Source of the DNA: Octopus bimaculoides
Lineage: Eukaryota
Direction of reading: 5' to 3'
DNA: 34,855 nucleotides
NCBI RefSeq assembly: GCF_001194135.2
Contig: NC_068998.1
Location: forward strand, 21,482,764 to 21,517,618
The position numbers and the translations under genes were made by a program. Shown here piece after piece: positions 25,843-34,855 of this stretch (position 1 is its first letter; each line of letters starts with the position of its first letter). The notes below the pieces were generated by a model. The model saw nothing but the letters and a program-made list of their open reading frames with translations. It was not told the origin of the DNA and made no database searches.

Positions 25843-27215
25843 CTTAATTGAAAGAGAAGTGTTAACAAATGAAAATAATAGAATAAGAGAAGTAACAAAC
25901 GATAATAAATTTATAAATATACAAAAAAGATATTGTAATAATTTTTTTTATTCCAGAAAAGTGTGTTATTTAGAGATAAATCTGAGGCCGAATATTGCAC
26001 ATATAATTCTTCTGTTTTGTTATATTCGAATCCTATTTTCAAATCCTCCTGAATCACACAGAACAAGACTGCATTTTATGTAAGGATATAAATTCCCATG
26101 TTACGCTAGGATTTGAGAATCTTGTTATTTATATCAAAACACCAAATGCCGAAAATTAACACTATATACCTAAATGAACTTTTAAATGGAATACAGTAGT
26201 AGGCTAAACAATCAAGCAATTGTATGTTTCTCCTTTTTATGCTATTTATACTTCCAGTCTATAGCTCTCTAAGTTAGGCTCATATCTTGTATAACATTTG
26301 TTAGCTGCAATGCTAGTACTACTATTGAATGATGGGTAGTTCTTCATTTTGCCCTACTGAACCCAGTCACACCTGTCACACGTTGGCAAATAGGACCAGA
26401 AGGGAACACGTTGTGGTCCTATTTGCCATTTGCACGCAAAATTTTAAAACAATTATCATTCAGTGAAATAGAGTAGCAGATAGCAACTTAGTGAAACTTA
26501 AGTAAACGACTGGAACAAAAGTGATTTTCTTTTTCTTTTCAATTTTGCGGTATAAATAAGAATATGTCGGTATTCTTATTTTAAATAAATTCACTGAATA
26601 AACTACGGTAATTTTTTATTAATGAAATTCCTGAGTGATCTTACGTAAAACTAATAATTTCTAGGTCCGAAAAGACGAGTCTTACTGTCTATAATTCATC
26701 CCCTATAATTCATAATATATCTACTGGCTTGTGATTAAATTATACTTGCTAATATAATCAGGTCGAAATTATTAATTGCCATTCAACTTTCTTAGTTTGA
26801 TGAAGTAAACATCAGTGCTTGCGGTAAGACACCGATAATAAAGGTAGGACCATGGGCGTTTCATATGAGAAGTGGTAGGGGAGAGAAACAGAGAGTAATA
26901 GAAAGAAAGAGGAATAGAAAGAGACAGAAAAGAAGTAAATAAAATCAAGAGTGTGGTGAATAGAAAAGATGGGATCTGAATTAAGTTGAAATATAAGAAA
27001 GGATCTAATGGATTAAGCAATACGTGGGTAGAGGCATAATGTCCATTCAAATCTGTCGCTGATGTAGCACTAATTTCGCTCGAATACGAAACATCTTTCC
27101 TTCCGGTCCATTGATAATGGAGACCCATGGTTTCGAGAATCCTCACATTAATGAGGAAGCGATGAAATGGCCTGTACTGTTGCTGTGTGTGGGTGTGTCC
27201 TGGCATGCGTATATA

Positions 27216-27412
27216 CAATAATCCCTCGGCTATCGTGGGTGTTACATTCCAAAACCTCTCTCAGAAATAATTAAAATCTAAAACATTATAAGTCCCTTCA
27301 GAAACCCGCGATATACTGAGGAGTCTGCAATATAAATTTACATATATTATCCAGAAAAATCCGCGATGTACCGAGTGCGCAATAGGCGAACCGTGATGTA
27401 CAGAGGGCGTGA
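27216..27412. mobile_element. pogo/Tigger-type MITE, degenerate
   Basis: TA-flanked start CAATAATCCCTCGGCTATCGTGGGTGTTACATTCC, internal ccgcgat repeats, and a degenerate inverse end gaaccgtgatgtacagaggg. Confidence 0.55.
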
Positions 27413-27449
27413 TAGGTGAATATATATACACCAAAGCACACACATGCGT

Positions 27450-27694
27450 AAAAAAATAAATGCACCCTTTTAAAGTCTAGCGAGGCTCATGGGCTCGGTT
27501 TCCCGATTTCAATGGCGTATGCGTTCCCCAGCTTGACGGGACGCCTGTCCATCGCAGCGTTACTAATTTTTGCCAGGTGAGTAGAAATAAAGTGTTGTGC
27601 ACAAGAACGCAACGCTTCACCCGGTCCATGATTCGAAACCACAACCTTACGATCATGGTGCCAACACCCTAACCACTAAGCCACGCACCTCCAC
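27450..27694 (-). mobile_element. tRNA-derived SINE type C
   Basis: Reverse complement: A-box tggcttagtggttagg, B-box-like ggtttcgaatc, central tgcgatggacaggcgtcccgtc (resembles the V-domain from memory), T-rich end. Confidence 0.85.
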
Positions 27695-27925
27695 GCACAC
27701 TTACGTACATTCCTTCAGAAGTAATTTATCTACGAATCTAAAGCAGTTTTACTGTCAATTTCTCAAAGGCAATTTCGAAGTCCTGTGATGTCCGGGTGTT
27801 TTTGTATTTTGGAAACGTTCAGAAAAGATCGACTGTATTGCCCTACCACAGTAGCATTATATAGTCAGCTGGGATTCCCTCCAAACCAACTACCTTCAAC
27901 GATTTTATGACTGCTTCCAGCTTAC

Positions 27926-28045
27926 CCATAGAAAATCCTCAAGTTGTATGATCTTTTTCATTTCAAATTTGGTAAGATAAGCTTGGCACTTTCTCATATC
28001 AGACGCATCAAATAAGTAAATGATGTAAGTTGCAATGGTTCGGAA
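27926..28045 (-). CDS. 120-nt exon-like cassette, copy B (part of inverted duplication 27710-28057)
   Basis: Strong tract tgttttctccctcaactttttctcAG | FRTIATYIIYLFDASDMRKCQAYLTKFEMKKIIQLEDFLW | GTAAGC. The other two frames are closed. Confidence 0.5.
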
Positions 28046-28250
28046 CTGAGAAAAAGTTGAGGGAGAAAACACAGCACAGTGAATGTGAGGTTCGCTAACA
28101 AACAGGAAGCGATAAATCACTCCACTGTGACGCTAAGGACGCAAGAGTGGGTACTTCTGCCAACTTAGTGTGGCAAACGAGTGACTAAAGTAAGGATACA
28201 CAGAGTACCCCCGGTAATTAAAGAGGCGTGGCTGGTGGCAGCTACGTATG

Positions 28251-28707
28251 CAGGCCCAACTGCACGTTGGAAGAAGACGCCAAATATCCGTAAACTACCT
28301 TAACATATCACCATAAAACTATGAACACGCGTTGTCCTCGAGTAAATAAACGAAACACATTCATGAAATGGTTCAATTACATATCAGTTTAAGACGTGGT
28401 CGAAATAAACGGAACCAGATTTTTGAATTTTTATTTTGTATATAACTACGAACAGAGTTGTAGATACGTTGTACTCATCTGTACGTATATTTGTTCGTGC
28501 TTATATGCATTTGGGTTGTATTACACTGATGATGGAAAAAAAGGGATTTCACTCTTAATCCTGAAATCAGTTGATATGTAATTGAACCGTTTCATGAATC
28601 TGTTTCGTTTATTTGCCCGTGGACGATGCGTGTTTATAGTTTTATGGCGATATCTTAAGGTAGTTCAGAGATATTTAGCTTCTTCTTCTAGCGTGCAGGT
28701 GTGCCTG
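28251..28707. mobile_element. Inverted-repeat element with ~140-bp arms (MITE or inverted Penelope-type terminal repeat)
   Basis: 28251-28388 is the reverse complement of ~28572-28707 (caggc...aactaccttaa.atatc.ccataaaacta...ttcatgaaa.ggttcaattacatatca). Flanks are TG/TA within a TACGTA palindrome. Confidence 0.8.
28520..28582 (+). ncRNA. Type I hammerhead-ribozyme-like motif, probably degenerate
   Basis: Stem I ATTACA/TGTAAT, core CTGATGA, stem II GGGATT/AATCCT, GAAA, minimal stem III ATCA-GT-TGAT, AUA cleavage triplet. A 10-nt insertion sits before stem II. Confidence 0.5.
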
Positions 28708-28803
28708 TATACGTACTAACTTGCCCTGAATATATATTTAACCATCACCGGTTGATTGCATGTTGAATACCTGATAAAATCAAATATAGATTTTATCCTT
28801 AAA

Positions 28804-28843
<40 letters not shown>

Positions 28844-29810
28844 NNNNNNNNNNNNNNNNNNNNNNNNNNNNNNNNNNNNNNNNNNNNNNNNNNNNNNNNN
28901 NNNNNNNNNNNNNNNNNNNNNNNNNNNNNNNNNNNNNNNNNNNNNNNNNNNNNNNNNNNNNNNNNNNNNNNNNNNNNNNNNNNNNNNNNNNNNNNNNNNN
29001 NNNNNNNNNNNNNNNNNNNNNNNNNNNNNNNNNNNNNNNNNNNNNNNNNNNNNNNNNNNNNNNNNNNNNNNNNNNNNNNNNNNNNNNNNNNNNNNNNNNN
29101 NNNNNNNNNNNNNNNNNNNNNNNNNNNNNNNNNNNNNNNNNNNNNNNNNNNNNNNNNNNNNNNNNNNNNNNNNNNNNNNNNNNNNNNNNNNNNNNNNNNN
29201 NNNNNNNNNNNNNNNNNNNNNNNNNNNNNNNNNNNNNNNNNNNNNNNNNNNNNNNNNNNNNNNNNNNNNNNNNNNNNNNNNNNNNNNNNNNNNNNNNNNN
29301 NNNNNNNNNNNNNNNNNNNNNNNNNNNNNNNNNNNNNNNNNNNNNNNNNNNNNNNNNNNNNNNNNNNNNNNNNNNNNNNNNNNNNNNNNNNNNNNNNNNN
29401 NNNNNNNNNNNNNNNNNNNNNNNNNNNNNNNNNNNNNNNNNNNNNNNNNNNNNNNNNNNNNNNNNNNNNNNNNNNNNNNNNNNNNNNNNNNNNNNNNNNN
29501 NNNNNNNNNNNNNNNNNNNNNNNNNNNNNNNNNNNNNNNNNNNNNNNNNNNNNNNNNNNNNNNNNNNNNNNNNNNNNNNNNNNNNNNNNNNNNNNNNNNN
29601 NNNNNNNNNNNNNNNNNNNNNNNNNNNNNNNNNNNNNNNNNNNNNNNNNNNNNNNNNNNNNNNNNNNNNNNNNNNNNNNNNNNNNNNNNNNNNNNNNNNN
29701 NNNNNNNNNNNNNNNNNNNNNNNNNNNNNNNNNNNNNNNNNNNNNNNNNNNNNNNNNNNNNNNNNNNNNNNNNNNNNNNNNNNNNNNNNNNNNNNNNNNN
29801 NNNNNNNNNN
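28844..29810. other. Assembly gap preceded by (TC)n 28807-28840
   Basis: N run. Confidence 0.99.
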
Positions 29811-29849
29811 TATGAAAACATACGCATTATATATTTGGTGTTCACTTGC

Positions 29850-30331
29850 TTCACCTTTATTTCATATTAACTGTATTTCGGCCAAAACAGTTTTGCGAGA
29901 TGTTTGGAGTTCTGATGTAAGTTTTCAAACCTTTGTTCTCGGATTTTGTTGAACCAAAGCATTTACTCCTTCGTGCCGAATAACAAATTTTGGCCTACCC
30001 CTTCGTTTATTTACAAGGCTATCATCTCCTGAACGAGAGCTTTGGAACCACGTCAGAACAGTTCTGATGTCATCAAAACCATTACCAAAAGCCTGCTTGT
30101 AGAACTTCTGCGGCAGAGCGACCCAGTTTGTACTCATACGAGAAAATCACTCAACATTGTATGGTTGTTATCATTTTCATAAGGTCTGTGGATACGAATT
30201 TTGTTTACCAATATTGTTGGGAAAGAAAAAGAGTCAAGATTAAACGCAAGGTATACATAATTGAGATGACTTTTCAAATGACTGAAATAACAAATAATTA
30301 AAAATGCGACACTTCATGTGAAACAACCTAA
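29850..30331 (-). mobile_element. Mariner (Tc1/mariner) element, 5' end: TIR plus decayed transposase N-terminal HTH
   Basis: TA|TTAGGTTGTTTCACATGAAGTGTCGCATTTTT TIR, then IFSYEYKLGRSAAE / QAFG..IRTVLTWFQ..RSGDDSLVNKRRGRP....ALVQQNPRTKV, matching the mariner paired-like HTH. The catalytic domain is not seen. Confidence 0.88.
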
Positions 30332-30343
30332 TATTAGTCTCAG

Positions 30344-30548
30344 TCCATTGGTTTCAAAATTTGGAACTAACCCAGCAATTTTGTGTGAGGAACTGAGTCG
30401 ATTTCAAAGTCCCAGGTTTTCAACTAGTACTTATTTCATCACCCCTGAAATGATAAAGTCACTTTTGTACTCAGGACGTAAAAACTTAACAAAATGCTGC
30501 TAAGTATAGTGACCGCCGTGCTAATGACTCTGCCGGCTCGCAGCCTTA
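30344..30548 (-). mobile_element. tRNA-derived SINE type A, internally deleted
   Basis: Reverse complement gives ggctgcgagccggcagagtcattagcacggcgg...cttagcagcatttt...cgtcctgagt, and tail aaattgctggg...aaattttgaaacc. Confidence 0.8.
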
Positions 30549-30871
30549 TTAGCCTCACCATATTAAAAGTGAATCTATTACAATAGTCTTACTGTTCTTT
30601 TGTCTTATATTAGGTGGTAATTGCTCAGGTGTAGTACTAAAGTCATTGTGATGCAAGCTATCGATTCCATTTCAGTTGCGATTAGTGATATGTTGTTTAT
30701 ATAATAAAATAATGAATTACAACACACGAATTTTGTTTTTGAAAAATCTGAAATATTATGTCTGTATAAATAAATTTGTAGCATTGTTATATCATTAACA
30801 CTCTGTTCTATTGATAACACTACGATAATAATTATGAAGGAAAATATTGAAGATTTTTGCGATTGCTTTCA

Positions 30872-30944
30872 CTAGACATTTTTGTTAGATTCTGCTATTA
30901 TGTCAGTCAAGTATCCTCTTGAATTATCGATTTCGAATGATAAC
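30872..30944 (-). CDS. Candidate terminal exon X (LSFEIDNSRGYLTDIIAESNKNV*)
   Basis: Branch-point-like ctaac plus ttttatgtttAG acceptor; the other frames close early; paralogue at 25775-25842. Confidence 0.35.
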
Positions 30945-31257
30945 CTAAACATAAAAGTTAGAAAACAAACGTAAAAATATACAACAAAAGAAACACAATA
31001 GTAAATATTTAGAAAAAATATTTGATAAACTGAACGAGGATATTGAGCATTTGTGCTTTTATGTGTGGTTTTTTTTTTTTTTAGTTACATTTAAATTGCA
31101 TAGCAAAACGATTTAATTGTAAAATGTAGTTTCCGACTGGTAAAATGATATGATGCAGTGGACCCATTACAATTTTCAAAAGAAAAATTTCTGATATTTG
31201 CAGACCAACGCAATTGAAGAAATTTGGCCAGATGTGAAATTGTTTGTACATATATAA

Positions 31258-31269
31258 NNNNNNNNNNNN
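31258..31269. other. Small assembly gap in (TA)n
   Basis: N run. Confidence 0.99.
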
Positions 31270-31899
31270 ATATATATATAAAGATTTAACTGGTTTCACA
31301 GTTTACACTAATCATCAAATGTAATAGAAGGACGTGGCTTAAGTAACAGCTGTTTTGCTTCTAAGTAGTGTTTGAAGCTTGACATATTTTTATAGGGAGT
31401 TCATGGCTCGAAGTAGTATATGTTTTGAATAGAGTTTGATTAGTAGAGGATAGTCACATGACTGGTGTTAGAAATTGTTGTAGGTTCCCCGCTACGTCTA
31501 CCTGTTAGTATCAAGTGACAATGTTTAGCGTCCCAAGTTAGGGTCGGTATGGGTGACTGAACACGTCTAGTGGTAGTACTACACAGTCAATGCTCTGAAT
31601 ATTCTCTGTCAAATGTTTGTAGAGAATGAACACGTGATTAAATTTACAAAGTTCTGTACGTTTCCCGCTACACCCGTGCGTAAGTGTCACGTGTCAGTAT
31701 ATTTTACGCGGAGGATGAAGGCCGATACGGTCGAGGTATAATCAAAGTATTCCACATTTAATCTGACTGGTGGTAGAGTAGACGGGCGTCATTTGTTTGT
31801 AGCTAAGTGGCTAACCATATACATAACGAACACTACGAAAGTGACAGTGATTTACCAGTAAGCTACCAAGTATAAATCATTCGTTTTGTTATCTAATAT

Positions 31900-31929
31900 C
31901 TAATAATAATAATAATAATGATAATAATA

Positions 31930-31988
<59 letters not shown>

Positions 31989-32015
31989 AATAATAATAAT
32001 AATAATAATGATAAT
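31900..32015. repeat. Compound (AAT)n-(GAT)n-(AAT)n microsatellite
   Basis: Direct reading. Confidence 0.97.
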
Positions 32016-32150
32016 ATATATATCACATTATTTAGATACGTTATTGTATGGCCTACTGTTTTACTGAATACACAACAGTTATTTTAATTACTGTACTTAA
32101 TTAGTTAAATATTTGTCCAGTACTCCAACTATTCTGCAGCCCCTCCATCA

Positions 32151-32335
32151 TTTCAGGCATAAGTCCTGAAATTTTGGGGGAGGGTACTAGTCGATTACAT
32201 CATCTCCAGTGCTCGACTAGTACTTAATTATTCGTACCGGATAGGATCGATAAAAGGTTTAGCGAAATTTGAACTAAGAGCCTAAAGTGTCGGAAAGAAT
32301 GCCGCTAAGTATTTTCTCCGGCGCAGTATCAATCC
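32151..32335 (-). mobile_element. tRNA-derived SINE type A, diverged
   Basis: tagtcgattacatc..ccagtgctcgactagtact, aatttgaactaagagc, ccgctaagtatttt. Confidence 0.8.
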
Positions 32336-32742
32336 TAAAAATAATTACATCCTCCAACGTACAATATAAATTATAGCGAGGAATGTCACTTTAAACAGAA
32401 ATGAATTTAACTTTAAAATGAAGTTTCCTTTCTTTCTTTTCTAAAACTTACGTTAAAACTTTCAATATCTAGTATGGAAAGAGAAAATTTAGTTTCACAA
32501 AGGATGCTTAAAATACTCTTGCCTTACAAAGATATCGAAGACTGTCTTTTTGCCAAGAAGTATCAAATGGTACAAAGGCAGTCAACTTCAACAGTCATAA
32601 AACGACGTATGTGATCTCAGCGGTATGTATGGAGTAGATCATTGTTTTATTTGCGATATTTGTTTCGTAAACTAACTTTCAAAATACAATATGATATTGC
32701 ACAGGTATAAATCAACGTGTGTACGTATATATATATATATAT

Positions 32743-32968
32743 NNNNNNNNNNNNNNNNNNNNNNNNNNNNNNNNNNNNNNNNNNNNNNNNNNNNNNNNNN
32801 NNNNNNNNNNNNNNNNNNNNNNNNNNNNNNNNNNNNNNNNNNNNNNNNNNNNNNNNNNNNNNNNNNNNNNNNNNNNNNNNNNNNNNNNNNNNNNNNNNNN
32901 NNNNNNNNNNNNNNNNNNNNNNNNNNNNNNNNNNNNNNNNNNNNNNNNNNNNNNNNNNNNNNNNNNNN
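32743..32968. other. Assembly gap inside (TA)n
   Basis: N run. Confidence 0.99.
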
Positions 32969-33939
32969 ATATATATATATATATATATACGTATATATAC
33001 ATATATATATATGTATGCATATGTATACATATATATGTGTTTATATGTATATATGCATACGCGCGCACGTGCACACACACATTTACATATTTGCAGTATT
33101 AAATAGAAAAAGACATTACTCCAGGCATTCGACACATCATAGATATTAATGAATATGTAACAATTATGGTGAGATACCGGCACCTTAGGTTCTTCCTAAT
33201 AGGGAATCTACTAGCATTTTTCGATCGGTACGTTGTATGGCGGCAATCCAAGGTAGCTGTCAAACAAAACCAGTCTTCTTGGCTTAAATCCAGACTTCAG
33301 GCCGACTGAACAAATGCAGGCCGATGAACTTTTCTTAAAACAAATGCAAGTTATCGGCAGGTTTATCTTAGCGTAATTAATATAATAACTATGTTGGACC
33401 GAGATCAGTAACATAATCTATACGATGTCTATGATATTTATAAAATGCCCAGAATTTAATTTCCATACATAATAATTTATAAATTAATTGCTTTGTAAAA
33501 TTAAAACGTTTTTATTTTTTAACTTATCAATTGATTACAATCGAGGACAACGTACACCACTTAAAGTTCAACGATTGTTATATTTTATACATTTCAAGTA
33601 TGTCGAAATGTGGTGCTACTTACTTTGGGAATATTTAAAGAAATCGGTGTGTATCTTATTATATGCCTTGTTAGTTAAATGTATGATTCACTAGTAAGAA
33701 CGAAATTCAAGTTGTCTCAAGCTTAGAATAGTGTAGTATTCAGAATGGTACAATTTAAAGAATACACATACATGTGTTTGTGTGTCAGTATGTGTATCCC
33801 ATGATTCTCTGAAACACCGATAATACGAACAGCAAAAGTAAGTAAACGGCAGCAGTAACTTAGAGACTGTAATCTGGATAGATTTACATGCATTTTATAT
33901 TGAGGTCATTTTCTTGTTAACAGAGTTATTCTATAAAAT

Positions 33940-33990
33940 CTATCCATCTATCTGTCTATCTGTCTGTCTGTCTGTCTGTCTGTCAGTCTG

Positions 33991-34032
<42 letters not shown>

Positions 34033-34037
34033 CATCC

Positions 34038-34097
<60 letters not shown>
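33940..34097. repeat. (TCTG)n/(TCTA)n tetranucleotide microsatellite
   Basis: Direct reading. Confidence 0.97.
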
Positions 34098-34098
<1 letters not shown>

Positions 34099-34688
34099 GA
34101 GTTTGGCATTTAAGGAACCAATTAGGTGATGGAAGATTTAAGTGAAAATGAAATGAAATATTTTTAATAGAAAGAGTATCCAATGGGTGGGAATAGGCAA
34201 CACGGTACTGATGGAGTTAGAAATTAGTTTGGAAGTTAGAGAAATTGTGGAGTAGATAAGCTGAAGAATTTCGGTAAGTTTTATTTTTTCCTGTCATTCA
34301 GCTGTTCTTGAATTGATCAAAAGATATGTTGCTATCATAATTTGCAATATATTAAAAAGTTCCTCCTGATTAGGAAATAGACGAATATTCATGTCTCCAC
34401 ACATTGTAAGTAGAAGTTATATTTCTTCTAAACTGTAAGTGAATGTCATTTCATACACACAGGCATCTAAACTATTGATAATATCTACAAAGTTTTATCT
34501 ACATCGACCTCTGGGGACGATGCTTATCACATCCAGAATGTTCAATGAATTTATTGATGAATTTTGCAAAAAGTGTCGACGTTTACTGGAATTATTTAGT
34601 ATAACAACAGCTGAATGATCGGTATTCTGCATACATATATTAGTCAATGTGTGTAAATAAAATTAAATATTTAACGTGTAAATAAGTA

Positions 34689-34855
34689 GGCGCAGGAATA
34701 GCTGTGTGGTAAGCAGCTTGCTTATCAACCACATGGTTCCAGGTTTAGTCCCACCTTGGACAAGTATCTTCTACTATAGCGTCGGGCCGACCAAAGACTT
34801 GTGAGTGGATTTGGTAGACGGAAAATGAAAGAAGCCCGTCGTATATGTATATATA
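34689..34855 (+). mobile_element. tRNA-derived SINE type B, 5' half (runs off the window)
   Basis: Aligns to 12577-12747 (gctgtg.ggtaag..cttgctta.caaccacatggttcc...gggccgaccaaag.cttgtgagtggatttggtagacg). Confidence 0.92.

Noticed and set aside
26772-27218. 148-aa minus ORF
   Set aside because: Half derives from a GA-rich low-complexity tract; no motif or consistent splice sites.
31700-31740. GATGAAGGCCG-ATA-CGGTCGAGG, hammerhead-like stem II
   Set aside because: Both core boxes are broken and stems I and III are absent.
34495-34632. Minus peptide SLNILDVISIVP resembling the S3 helix of voltage-gated channels
   Set aside because: Short superficial match with poor splice signals and no flanking S2 or S4 exons seen.

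Overview
AT-rich, repeat-dense eukaryotic genomic DNA, most likely octopus or another coleoid cephalopod. That assignment is inferred from recalled tRNA-SINE families and the extreme microsatellite load, not from a database search. No complete gene and no prokaryotic-type system (CRISPR, rRNA, true tRNA) is visible. Most long ORFs in the track are artefacts of microsatellites or N-gaps. Well-supported content: a decayed CR1/L2-type LINE endonuclease fragment (2.9-3.6 kb), a 5'-truncated Penelope-like element with RT and GIY-YIG (7.5-9.1 kb), a mariner 5' end with TIR and HTH (29.9-30.3 kb), about ten tRNA-derived SINEs of three types, two MITE-like elements, many microsatellites and six assembly gaps. 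Several isolated exon candidates of unknown genes are present at low to moderate confidence. The most interesting structures are: (i) a ~350-bp, ~98%-identical inverted duplication 5.4 kb apart carrying a complete 120-nt exon-like cassette, a possible dsRNA/ADAR substrate; (ii) a type I hammerhead-ribozyme-like fold embedded in a 140-bp inverted-repeat element; (iii) several unexplained foldback structures; and (iv) a pair of paralogous terminal-exon-like segments.
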